NCBI GenBank assembly: GCA_963727625.1 | Contig: CAVSHR010000011.1 | Location: 1 to 64,000, forward strand | Reading direction: 5' to 3' | Length of the DNA stretch: 64,000 bases | From: an uncultured delta proteobacterium | GTDB lineage: Bacteria; Desulfobacterota; Binatia; UBA9968 | Shown here: one piece after another, positions 1-9,709 of the stretch | How positions within the stretch are numbered: the first letter of the stretch is position 1 | How the letters are laid out: each line of letters opens with the position of its first letter | Program-made: the position numbers and the translations under genes | The notes under the pieces: model-generated | Databases searched by the model: none | Told to the model about the DNA's origin: nothing | Seen by the model: only the letters and a program-made list of their open reading frames with translations

Positions 1-23
1 CACCGACCGAAGAGGGATATGAC

Positions 24-278
24 ATGGATTCAATGAACCGGAACGATGCTCACACCGTTACTTCACTGGACGATCTCGCGAAGATTTATGCCCAGCCGTT
101 GCCCCATGTCGCCACCAAAGAAACCGACCACATCACCGAGGTCGGGCGCATCTTCATCGCGGCATCGCCTTTCCTGGTGCTCGCCCCCTCCGACGGGAGC
201 AGCATCGACTGTTCGCCCAAGGAGGAAGAAATAGCGACAGGCTACTTTTCGGTGCATGATATGGCGAGACGGTTTTAG
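24..278 (+). pseudogene. Truncated pyridoxamine 5'-phosphate oxidase-like FMN-binding protein (MSMEG_1061-like), N-terminal fragment
   Basis: RBS-like AGAGGG before ATG; VTSLDDL..IY..P....KETDHIT...FIAASPFLVLA...DCSPK matches the family N-terminus, then similarity stops where GDxPGFV would follow. Confidence 0.6.
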
Positions 279-740
279 AATGCGCTCGTTCCGAAGATTT
301 CCCGTTAACCCGGGCGGGAACTTTCAATCACCCAATCGATCCACCCCGCGCGCAGGCCATGGTGAGCCTGCTAACCCAGGCAAAGCTGTCTGCAAAAGTG
401 AAAGCTCATTGGGCCGCAAAAAAGAAAGCCTCCAAGAAATAGGCCGATCTTCTTGATCCTTTACGGTTGTCACCTCGCGTCGGCCGGATTGATGAACACG
501 ACGAACAGCTTAAGGGAATCCGCCATCTCCTGATTGCCATGCAGGGGAGACGGCTTGCGCTATAATGCCCCGCCGCGCAGGCGGCAAATATAATAGCTGC
601 ACCGCAGTCCGTGCCGATGTCGATACAATTAACCGCCGCCTCGATCCAAGCGACGCGTGATTTCAGGAGTCAGCAATCCTGAACTCTGAAACCACAAAAA
701 ATCTCTTCGGGCTTGCGGTTTCCTGCCTTCCGGCCCCCGC

Positions 741-1268
741 TCACCGGGCCAGAACCGACGAGCCGATCATGCCGAATTTTGCCCACGGCTCATCGAAGGA
801 CGGCGCAAGAAGCACGGGACAGGGCATGCGTGAGATCACTTTCAACAATTTTTCCCGGGCCAACAGATAGGGCAAAAAGGATTGTTTCCGAACCGCGAGC
901 ACCACGAGATCACAATTCTCGTCCCTGGTGGCGCTCAGGATTTTCTCTGTGCTGTTACCGAGGGCTATCTTTCGCCTGATTTTCACTGGGCCGGGATTTC
1001 TAACGGTCTTCTCGATAAAATTGTAAAGATCGAGCGCTTTCTCGCGCAGCAACCGATCAACGGGAATGCCGGCGGGCGGATTCAGCATGGGCGCGCCTTC
1101 CATATAGGCGAGTAAATCCAGAAAACAATCCGCCTCCTCTTTTTGCGTCACGTGCAGCACGATGAGTTCGGCTTGCGTTTTCTGCGCGAGGGACACGGCA
1201 TATTTAAGCCCGTTGGCGGAGTCCTCCGAGAAATCGACGGGAACAAGAATCTTTTGAACAGTATTCAT
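741..1268 (-). CDS. Universal stress protein (UspA family)
   Basis: KILVPVDFSEDS..ALKYA-like N-terminus, DLVVL and C-terminal PCPVL; RBS AGGAGA upstream. Confidence 0.9.
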   Translation of the reverse strand: MNTVQKILVPVDFSEDSANGLKYAVSLAQKTQAELIVLHVTQKEEADCFLDLLAYMEGAPMLNPPAGIPVDRLLREKALDLYNFIEKTVRNPGPVKIRRKIALGNSTEKILSATRDENCDLVVLAVRKQSFLPYLLAREKLLKVISRMPCPVLLAPSFDEPWAKFGMIGSSVLAR

Positions 1269-1386
1269 AAAAATCTCCTATTAAATAAAAACCTGACCAC
1301 ATGATTGAAACACCAATCCGACACCACGGCAGCCGATGAATTTTCATCGCTGCGCTACGACGTTTTCGGATGAGAACGGAAACGAA

Positions 1387-1746
1387 TCAGAGATTCAGCA
1401 CGGACTTGGAAATGCAGCGGGAAACTTTGGGCGTAAAAACGACCTTGAAACAAGCCGGCGAGGCGGCATGGCTTCGGAAAAACACTTGCGCGGGTTTCGT
1501 TCCCGCTAGCAAGCATCCGGAATCGGGCGTCGTTTCGCCATCCTTTTCAAAAATGAAGCTGTCGGCATTTTTGACTGGCAAATCAAGGCGGACCGCACTC
1601 GTGTTAACCGACGGCACGGCCGTCAGCAAAGCCGGACCAACTTGATCGCAGCAGGCAAACCCCGTCCCGAGTAAGACGGCCAGGGACAGGACTTCGAGGC
1701 TGAGCAAAACCGAACCGGCGACCCATATTTTCTTCACGCGCGCCAT
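1387..1746 (-). CDS. Hypothetical small protein with N-terminal hydrophobic segment
   Basis: 119-aa ORF with ATG start, basic N-terminus then hydrophobic helix; same strand as and upstream of uspA. Confidence 0.5.
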   Translation of the reverse strand: MARVKKIWVAGSVLLSLEVLSLAVLLGTGFACCDQVGPALLTAVPSVNTSAVRLDLPVKNADSFIFEKDGETTPDSGCLLAGTKPAQVFFRSHAASPACFKVVFTPKVSRCISKSVLNL

Positions 1747-2658
1747 AAAAAATAACTATGCTTCAGCCTAACATCGATTGCTCCAATCTCAAGGGGGGTG
1801 CCGCTCCCGGAAAAGCTTTTAACCGAAATGTAATTTCTTTCCCCTTAACAAGCGCTCCCCGCTCTTTTCCTAATACCCCGCAACCCGTTGAATCTCTTGC
1901 CTTAATCCGCTCTGCACAATTCCCAAAACAAAAGAGAGGCGCGGGAGGCCTCGGTCGCCCCGCCGCAAAATTTTAATGATTCCCTCCCGGATTCTCGTTT
2001 AAACTGAAGATAGGAGCGATGAGCCGCAAAACATCGAAGACTTCACGAGAGAATATTTAGGACGGATTGACCCTAGGCTTGGCTCCGCCCTGCCTGATCT
2101 TTCCGCAAGAGACCACGGGCCGCATCGACATAAGACTCAAGGCCGTCGCGGCTCATATGACCGGATTCATGTCCTCCGCGCGGTATCTCGAAAGCGAAAT
2201 CGATACTCCGTCCCGCAAAGTAGCTGGAGGATTACCTGTTTACGGCTCCACTGGCGTCCGGCATGATGAAAGTGAAAAGACTCCCGATAATCATCTAGCC
2301 GGCTTCTTCGAGAGCCATTAAGGTTGGCAATGAGCCAACCCGAAAACTCAAAGGAGGAGACGAAGATGAAACTGGACGCAGTGCTGCCGGGCACTTCGGT
2401 CTGGCAGTGAGCGATTATTCTCACTCTACCGCGCCTCACAGCCAGCACGCCATAGCGATCGGAGCTCCATCCTCGCACGCGATGATTCTTTCGGATCCAG
2501 TCCAATATTAGACAGAAATCTTCCCCCATCGGTTCTATGCTAAATGCTGAGATTGCGGAGCGCCGCTTCGATAAGTGGCGCCCCAGAGCAGGAGCAGCCC
2601 GGCCTTTCGGGACAAGGCGGCCGACTTTTTCGGGCGGGTTTCATAGAAAGGCAAAGCC

Positions 2659-4116
2659 ATGAATACTGCCAAAAACACGACGGTGGATCTGGTTAACCGC
2701 GAGTATCAGTACGGGTTTGTTACCGACATCGAGGCGGACACGGTCCCTCGCGGGCTCAACCAGGAGATCGTCCGCTTGATTTCGGCAAAGAAGAACGAGC
2801 CGAACTTCATGCTCGACTGGCGTCTGAAGGCCTATCGGCACTGGGAGAAGCTGGAAAAGTCACAGGCAGAGCCAAAATGGGCGAAGATTCACTATCCGCC
2901 GATCGACTACCAGGACCTCATCTACTACTCGGCGCCGAAGACAAACGCGGGGCTAAACAGCCTCGATGAGGTGGATCCCAAGCTGCTCGAAACTTATGAA
3001 AAGCTCGGTATCCCTTTGTCGGAGCAAAAGTGGCTCACCGGCGTCGCGGTCGATGCAGTCTTTGACAGCGTCTCGGTGGCGACGACGTTCAAGGAAAAAC
3101 TGGGAGCTTTGGGAATCATCTTTTGTTCCTTTTCCGAGGCGCTGCAGAAGCATCCCGTGCTGGTGCAAAAATATCTCGGCTCGGTGGTGCCCTACAGTGA
3201 CAACTTCTTCGCCGCTTTGAACGCCGCTGTCTTCAGTGACGGATCCTTCGTTTACGTTCCCAGAGGTGTGCGATGCCCGATGGAGCTGTCGACTTACTTT
3301 CGTATCAACGCCGCCGAGACCGGCCAGTTCGAGCGCACTTTGATCGTTGCTGACGAGGGCAGCTCTGTGAGTTACCTGGAAGGCTGCACCGCGCCGATGC
3401 GGGACGAGAATCAGTTGCATGCCGCGGTGGTCGAGCTTGTCGCCTTGGATAATGCGCAGATCAAGTACTCGACAGTGCAGAACTGGTACCCCGGCGACAG
3501 AGAGGGCAAGGGCGGGATCTACAATTTTGTCACCAAGCGGGGCAAGTGTCAGGGAAACAACTCGAAGATTTCTTGGACGCAGGTAGAGACCGGCTCGGCG
3601 ATCACCTGGAAATATCCGAGCTGCATTCTGCAAGGTGACAACTCGGTAGGAGAGTTTTACTCCGTGGCGCTTACCAACAACTATCAGCAGGCGGATACGG
3701 GCACCAAGATGATTCATATCGGGAAAAACACCAAGAGCACGATCATTTCGAAGGGGATTTCCGCGGGGCACGGTCAGAACACCTATCGGGGGCTCGTGAG
3801 AGTGATGAAGGGCGCCACCGGCGCCCGTAATTATTCTCAATGCGACTCGTTGCTGCTGGGCGATAAGTGCGGCGCGCATACCTTCCCCTACCTCGAGGTC
3901 ATGAACAGCTCGTCGCAGGTGGATCACGAGGCGTCGACCTCGAAGATCGGTGAAGATCAGCTTTTTTACTGTAGGCAGCGCGGGATTTCGCCGGAGGATG
4001 CAGTCACGCTGATCGTCAGTGGTTTCTGCAAACGGGTGTTTCGCGAGCTACCCATGGAGTTTGCGGTGGAGGCGCAGAAACTTCTCGGCGTGAGCCTCGA
4101 AGGCAGCGTCGGCTAG
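2659..4116 (+). CDS. sufB: Fe-S cluster assembly protein SufB
   Basis: [69 protein letters not shown]-terminus. Confidence 0.98.
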   Translation: MNTAKNTTVDLVNREYQYGFVTDIEADTVPRGLNQEIVRLISAKKNEPNFMLDWRLKAYRHWEKLEKSQAEPKWAKIHYPPIDYQDLIYYSAPKTNAGLNSLDEVDPKLLETYEKLGIPLSEQKWLTGVAVDAVFDSVSVATTFKEKLGALGIIFCSFSEALQKHPVLVQKYLGSVVPYSDNFFAALNAAVFSDGSFVYVPRGVRCPMELSTYFRINAAETGQFERTLIVADEGSSVSYLEGCTAPMRDENQLHAAVVELVALDNAQIKYSTVQNWYPGDREGKGGIYNFVTKRGKCQGNNSKISWTQVETGSAITWKYPSCILQGDNSVGEFYSVALTNNYQQADTGTKMIHIGKNTKSTIISKGISAGHGQNTYRGLVRVMKGATGARNYSQCDSLLLGDKCGAHTFPYLEVMNSSSQVDHEASTSKIGEDQLFYCRQRGISPEDAVTLIVSGFCKRVFRELPMEFAVEAQKLLGVSLEGSVG

Positions 4117-4247
4117 ATGTTTTTCAAGTCGTGCCCAGGACCGTCCTATTCTGAAGCCTCCGCATTCCAAACAGCCCGCCAGTCGGGCGCACGCCGCGGC
4201 GGTAAAAGAGGTATTTGACGGCGACCGGCGGCGCAGGAGATTTCAAA

Positions 4248-4943
4248 ATGTTTTTAAGACACAGAGAGCGACACCGCAGCGACCGGATCGGCTGGCTGCG
4301 CGCGACGGTGATGGGCGCGAACGACGGTATCGTTTCGACGGCCAGTCTCGTGCTCGGTGTCGCGGCGGCGCATGCGACTTACAGCAACGTACTGGTCGCC
4401 GGAGTCGCCGGCCTCGTCGCCGGCGCTATGTCGATGGCTTCCGGTGAGTACGTTTCCGTTCACTCACAGGCCGATACCGAACAGGCCGACCTTGCGCTTG
4501 AGCGCACGGAACTAAAATCAAACGCCTCCGGGGAGCACCGGGAACTCACGGCAATCTATGTGAGTCGAGGTCTCGATCCTGCACTAGCGAAACAGGTCGC
4601 GGATCAACTCATGGCCCGTGACGCGATCGGCGCCCATGCCCGCGACGAACTCGGCATCTTCGAGACTCAGACTGCGCGTCCGATCCAGGCGGCGCTTGCG
4701 TCGGCCGGCAGCTTCGCCGTGGGAGCGGCGATGCCTATCTTGACCGCCGCGATAGTTCCAGAGATGAGCCTCATTCCTCTCGTCGCTGGAACCTCACTCG
4801 TGTTCCTCGCGCTCCTCGGTGGATTGGCTGCGCGCGCCGGCGGCGCACCGGTGGCGGTTGGCGCGATGCGCGTAACGCTATGGGGCGCACTGGCCATGGG
4901 AGTGACCGCAGGGGTCGGAGCTCTCTTTGGACCAGCGACGTGA
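4248..4943 (+). CDS. VIT1/CCC1 family Fe/Mn transporter
   Basis: GWLRAxVMGANDGIVS, AGAMSMASGEYVSV, HARDELG; AGGAGA RBS supports ATG at 4248 rather than 4215. Confidence 0.93.
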   Translation: MFLRHRERHRSDRIGWLRATVMGANDGIVSTASLVLGVAAAHATYSNVLVAGVAGLVAGAMSMASGEYVSVHSQADTEQADLALERTELKSNASGEHRELTAIYVSRGLDPALAKQVADQLMARDAIGAHARDELGIFETQTARPIQAALASAGSFAVGAAMPILTAAIVPEMSLIPLVAGTSLVFLALLGGLAARAGGAPVAVGAMRVTLWGALAMGVTAGVGALFGPAT

Positions 4944-5208
4944 ATGGGCGATCCATCACCTGGGCGCCGGTTCACTGCAGCGGAGGTGCCAATATTTTCT
5001 TGAAAACGGTGCAATTTTAGACTGAACCCACCGCTTGAATCAGCATAGGCTGACGATTGTAGATTCGCGGGCTCAATAGGTCGTGTTGAACAAACTTAAC
5101 GTCGAGCCACTGTGGCAGATTGGAGCGACTGACATGATGGGCATTCAACGCCAACCGGACGAGGATTCTTATTCAACGGATAGGCTTTATCTCTATGACA
5201 ACGAGTGG

Positions 5209-5829
5209 ATGAGCTATCCCTACACGTTGCCACCGCTGGCTTACCCCTATGATGCGCTCGATCCCGGGATCGATGAGCAAACGATGCATTTGCATCATGA
5301 CCGGCATCATCAGACCTACATCGATAATGCCAACGGGACCGTCGAAAAATATCCCGAGCTGCAGACAAAAAGTCTGGTGGAGTTGATGGGGCGTTTCGAC
5401 CGGTTGCCTGCCGAAATCCGCAAGGCCCTACGAACTGATGGCGGAGGTCATCTCAATCACACATTGTTCTGGGAATGCCTGGCGCCACAGAGCGGCGGTG
5501 AGCCTCAAGGCAAGCTCGCCCAGACGATCAAGACGGCTTTTGACGGCTTTCCTCAATTTAAAGAACAGTTTAGTCGCGCGGCCATCAGTCGTTCGGGAAG
5601 TGGATGGGCGTGGCTTTGCGTCACGCCCGAGAGCAATCTGGAGATCGACTCAACGGCGAACCAGGATACTCCCTTATCGAAGGGCTCTCTGCCGATTTTG
5701 GCTTTGGATGTATGGGAACACGCCTACTACCTCAAGTACCATAACAAGCGCTCCGAGTACGTTACGAATTGGTGGCAGGTGGTGAACTGGAAGAAGGTCG
5801 AAGAACGGTTCGAAGCAATCACCGGTTAA
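5209..5829 (+). CDS. sodA: Fe/Mn superoxide dismutase, probably Mn-type
   Basis: LPPLAYPYDAL, HHDRHHQTY, GGGHLNH, ANQD, DVWEHAYY; GGG and NQD are Mn-type signatures; start moved to MSYPY. Confidence 0.9.
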   Translation: MSYPYTLPPLAYPYDALDPGIDEQTMHLHHDRHHQTYIDNANGTVEKYPELQTKSLVELMGRFDRLPAEIRKALRTDGGGHLNHTLFWECLAPQSGGEPQGKLAQTIKTAFDGFPQFKEQFSRAAISRSGSGWAWLCVTPESNLEIDSTANQDTPLSKGSLPILALDVWEHAYYLKYHNKRSEYVTNWWQVVNWKKVEERFEAITG

Positions 5830-6170
5830 CTGGTTTTCGAAAAAAGCGTTTGCTTGGCCTCAAGTTAGGCCCGTGAGGTGGAAAGCTGTGTCTACACTGT
5901 CGAGGATCTTCCCCATGCCAATTGGCAGTGGCCAACGAACACCTCGTTTCAGGGTCGGCTGAGCGATTATCTTCACGCGCTGTAACCCGGCCTATATAGA
6001 GGGAGTGACCACGGGAGACTGTAGGCTCCAAGGCGAAGGGCCACCCAGCACAGTGATTTTTCTTGTTGGGCGGCGTTTACCAAGTGGTCGGGCCTTTAGA
6101 CTTGTTCAATATTAGACAGAAATCGAATCGGCCACCGGTATAGTATTCCGCGTCCAAGGAGGAAGATGAT

Positions 6171-6584
6171 ATGCAAACCACACCCATGCCGGCGTCCCGC
6201 AACCAATCGCCGAATCCGGTGTCCGGGGAGCGCGACGCATGGTTCGCACGGCCGTTTCGTGACGGGCTGCACATACAGACGTTTTTTGACTCTCGGGCGT
6301 CCCTTGCTACGGTGTCCCCGGAAACCGCTTTGATGTACGCGGTGCTGGAAGAAGCGTTTCTGTGTTTGCAGAAGGCGAGTGAGCTTGCGCCAATGGCTCG
6401 GAGTCAGGCGCGAGAAGCCCAAAAATGGTTCCTCAGCGACGATTCTCGCTGGATCTTTTCCTTCCTGCCTATTTGCGAGACCTTGGGACTCGACCCGGGA
6501 TATATGCGTAAAAAGATCAAGGATTGGTACCCAGGCGCCCTGGACACAGGTGGGAAAGGGGTCAAATCATTATCTAAGTCGTAA
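6171..6584 (+). CDS. Conserved hypothetical helical protein
   Basis: Strong RBS AAGGAGGA; protein-like core PETALMYAVLEEAFLCLQK...REAQKWFLSDD..WIFSF..ICETLGLDP.YMRKK. Confidence 0.75.
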   Translation: MQTTPMPASRNQSPNPVSGERDAWFARPFRDGLHIQTFFDSRASLATVSPETALMYAVLEEAFLCLQKASELAPMARSQAREAQKWFLSDDSRWIFSFLPICETLGLDPGYMRKKIKDWYPGALDTGGKGVKSLSKS

Positions 6585-6625
6585 GCCAGCTTCAAAAAGA
6601 AACCAGTCGAATCTTTACCAATGTC

Positions 6626-6780
6626 ATGAAAAAGTACACGTGAACCCATGAGGATTATTGTGAATTTTTCGACACGGAAGAGGAGGCGATCGCCGCCTGC
6701 CGCGAAGTCAATCGCGGACTGAACAGCAACGACCTGGCGTGTTGGCTAGTCGTGGACGGCCCCGATGGCCGGGCCTGGCG
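6626..6780 (+). pseudogene. Probable small-protein pseudogene with in-frame TGA at codon 6
   Basis: Reads MKKYT*THEDYCEFFDTEEEAIAACREVNRGLNSNDLACWLVVDGPDG; TGA at 6641-6643 could derive from TGG; end coordinate approximate. Confidence 0.35.
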
Positions 6781-7014
6781 GATTTTCAAAATGCGAACGG
6801 GACAGAAAGCAACGCGCTGCTGGATCGCAATATATATCTTAGGGAGGTTGCACGGGTTAAAAACTGTACAGGCATTGAAAACTGGCCGGCCCGGCCAGAG
6901 CGATACGCAAGAAAATTCTATGGTCCGAGAACGCTCGCGACACCCGGTCATGCGTGAGGCGTGAGGCTTGAGCTTTGGCAATGCTTTCGCCCTCCGATCG
7001 GGATGCGTTGCGGG

Positions 7015-8058
7015 TTACGCAAAAAAAAGGCGCCGCCATTTTAGCAAACCTCGTTCGCGGTAAAACCGTTTGGCGCCGCGGTGCAGAGGCACGTCGAAGG
7101 GCGCCTGCGCGTCGTTGGCGCAGAGTTGGGCGATCTTGAGCGGCTTGTAATTATCGGTGGGGAAAACCGCCCGGCGCTTCTCGATCGCCTCGCAAAGCGC
7201 GTAGGCGACCTCGTCGGCCATGTCGGCATGGACGATCATCGGCCAGCCGCTGAAGTCGAGCGTTGGGACCGGTTTAGTGAGTCCTTTGAAGTGAGCTTTC
7301 GACAATGTCGCCGGCCGGTAGCCCAGAGGGGTGAGCGCTCTCAGCACTTTGCCCTCGACGGGCAGGTAGTGAAAGCCGTTGTCGAGAGCCGTTTGGCCCC
7401 AGCTCTTGATGCCCTCGTCGAAGATCGCGTTGACCGCGCCCGACTCGATCGCCGCGCGCCGGCTCGGATCGCTCGGCCGCGGCGCGATATGAAATTTCCC
7501 GCCCCAGCGGCGCATTTGCGCTAGCGAGAACCCCGCGGCTTTGAGTACCGCGGATACGGTGAACATGGTCGCGCTACCGCTCAGGTCGTCTTTCGGAATG
7601 CGACCGGTGGAAACCCGCAGGGGAATTTTTTCCCTGGCGATTTGTTCCAATGAATTGATGCCGGTGGATTCATGCACGGCAAAACCCATGACGTCCCAGG
7701 AGGGGAAAACGGCGATGGCGCGCAATGGCAGCCGTTTACGGAAGGGCCCCTTGCCGCGATAAGCCATGGTCAGCAGCACTGAAGGGTTCACCCACGCCAT
7801 GGAATATTTTTTGTCGGCGACCGCGACGATCTGGCGAAAGCTCCCGGTCGCGAAGGAGACCGGAATATCGTTATTCCGCTCGTTGGCTCTGGTGCCGAGC
7901 GAGAGCCGCACCACGCGGCCGACGCGGGTATCGGTCTGCAGCATGCCTTCGGCGGCGCGTTTGGTCCGGTAGGAGAGCGAACCGTCATAGAGCGCGGCGG
8001 CCATTTCAAGAAGCCCCTTGGCGCGCTGAATTCCCGAGTTGTAGCGAGTCGTCGCCAT
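7015..8058 (-). CDS. TAXI-family TRAP solute-binding-like protein without signal peptide
   Basis: LRAIAVFPSWD, V..DMADEVAYALCEAI, C-terminal VPLHRGAKRFYRERGLL; RBS AAGGAG. Confidence 0.8.
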   Translation of the reverse strand: MATTRYNSGIQRAKGLLEMAAALYDGSLSYRTKRAAEGMLQTDTRVGRVVRLSLGTRANERNNDIPVSFATGSFRQIVAVADKKYSMAWVNPSVLLTMAYRGKGPFRKRLPLRAIAVFPSWDVMGFAVHESTGINSLEQIAREKIPLRVSTGRIPKDDLSGSATMFTVSAVLKAAGFSLAQMRRWGGKFHIAPRPSDPSRRAAIESGAVNAIFDEGIKSWGQTALDNGFHYLPVEGKVLRALTPLGYRPATLSKAHFKGLTKPVPTLDFSGWPMIVHADMADEVAYALCEAIEKRRAVFPTDNYKPLKIAQLCANDAQAPFDVPLHRGAKRFYRERGLLKWRRLFFA

Positions 8059-8205
8059 TATTTTGTTCTCCTTCGCTGGCTCGGCCGATCGTTGTTGAAC
8101 CTCTCCGTTGTTAATCTTATTGCGGGTTGCGGATAATCTCGGATATGCGGTCCGTTTCCCTCGTCGTTGTAACCTTCTTTTGTCACAAGAGGGCTGCGGG
8201 GTTGA

Positions 8206-9369
8206 TCAGTGGTGTGCGCGGATGATGTTCTGCCCGAGCCGCCAGCGCAGCACTTCGTTGGCGCCTTCGGTGATGCGCGTGCTGCGGATCTGGCGGTACC
8301 ACCATTCGAGCGGCAGCTCTTTCATCAATCCCAGTCCGCCGTGGACCTGGATCGACCGGTCGACGACGCGGCTCGCCATTTCCGTGGCCATGACCTTGAC
8401 CATGTAAGATAGATCGCGCACGTCCTCACCGCGATCGACGCGCCAGGCGCATTCGTAAACCATGTTGCGCACGGCGTGCAGCTCCATGGCCGAGTCGGCG
8501 ATCATGAACTGAATCGCCTGGCGGTCGGCCAACGGCCTGCCGAAGGTTGATCTCACTTTCGAGTATTCGATCATCATGTCCAAGGCGCGCCGGGCGATGC
8601 CGACAGGGCGCGCGCCGTGGCCGCGGATGCGCCCTTCGCCGATCCATTTTTGCGCGATCGAAAAACCGCCGCCGACCTGGCCGATCACGTTCGCCGCAGG
8701 CACGCGCACGTTATCAAAGACGAGTTGCCAGGGCGCTTCGCCCATCATCGCCGGCCATTGGCGCTCGAGCAGCACGCCGGGACTTTTCAAATCCACCGCG
8801 AAACAGGTGATCCCGCCGCGCGCCCGCTTTTGCGGATCGGTGACCGCCATCAGCTGGGCGTAGTCCGCGCGCCCGGCCGCGGTGATGAAACGCTTGGTGC
8901 CGTTGATGATGAAGTCATCGCCCTCTTTGACCGCGCGCGTGCGCATATTGGCCGGATCGCTGCCGGCGTCGGGCTCGGTCTGGGCAAAGCAAAACCGTAA
9001 TTCGCCGCGCAACACCGGCTTTAGAAAACGTTCCTTTTGCTCGTCGTTGCAATAAAACAACACCGGCCGCACTTCCGGACCAAAAAGCTCCAGGCTGCGA
9101 AAGGGAAGCGAGGCGGCGCGGGCGATCTCTTCGTGAATGATACAGCGTGGCAACAGGCCGAGTCCCGCGCCGCCGTATTCGGCGGGGACATCGAGCATCC
9201 ACAGCCCCATCGCTTTGGTTTTTTCCTGCAAGGGCTTGAGCAGATGCTCCGGCATGGGCCCTTCGCTGTCGTGGCGATATTCGCGCTCGAGCGGAATCAG
9301 CTCCTTGTCGACGAAACGTCGCACGGTGTCGCGCAGGATTTGAATTTCTTCGGGGAGATTAAAGTCCAT
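8206..9369 (-). CDS. Acyl-CoA dehydrogenase
   Basis: FAQTEPDAGSDPA, INGTKRFIT, RSTFGRPLADRQAIQ, QVHGGLG, RITEGANE. Confidence 0.95.
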   Translation of the reverse strand: MDFNLPEEIQILRDTVRRFVDKELIPLEREYRHDSEGPMPEHLLKPLQEKTKAMGLWMLDVPAEYGGAGLGLLPRCIIHEEIARAASLPFRSLELFGPEVRPVLFYCNDEQKERFLKPVLRGELRFCFAQTEPDAGSDPANMRTRAVKEGDDFIINGTKRFITAAGRADYAQLMAVTDPQKRARGGITCFAVDLKSPGVLLERQWPAMMGEAPWQLVFDNVRVPAANVIGQVGGGFSIAQKWIGEGRIRGHGARPVGIARRALDMMIEYSKVRSTFGRPLADRQAIQFMIADSAMELHAVRNMVYECAWRVDRGEDVRDLSYMVKVMATEMASRVVDRSIQVHGGLGLMKELPLEWWYRQIRSTRITEGANEVLRWRLGQNIIRAHH

Positions 9370-9395
9370 GGAGCGTCCTTTTTTGAGAAACCGAT

Positions 9396-9676
9396 TTAAC
9401 CCCAGAGAACGCAGAGATCACGAAGTTCGGAAGGGTGATCGTCCTAACCCTCTGGGTAAAAATTGAGTGGCTTGGGCAAATGATCGCGCCGCCGACGGCA
9501 CTCCGAATCGGAAATTTCCCTCGCCAAGTCGCAAAGTCGCAAAGTGGAGGGGAAAAAGTCGAAAACTGTTGCCAATGCTCGGACCCGTAACTTCCCAACT
9601 TTGCGGTTTTTGCGTCTTTGCGGGAAATACTCCGAAAGGCGGTTGCGGCTTCGCCGCGTTGAGTCCTTGTGGTGAA
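9396..9676. repeat. Nested periodic inverted-repeat element (9-bp outer, 8-bp inner units)
   Basis: Outer CCAGAGAAC GCAGAGATC ... CCTTGTGGTGAA; inner TCGCCAAG TCGCAAAG TCGCAAAG ... CTTTGCGG TTTTTGCGT CTTTGCGG. Confidence 0.7.
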
Positions 9677-9709
9677 CTTGAATCGCGCGTTGTCATTCGG
9701 GCACTCAAC

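Noticed and set aside
2540-2650. Riboswitch upstream of sufB
   Set aside because: Only generic GC hairpins; no conserved aptamer motif recognised; an Rfam scan would be needed
6641-6643. Selenocysteine readthrough of the in-frame TGA
   Set aside because: No redox motif context or evident SECIS hairpin; a TGG-to-TGA nonsense change is simpler
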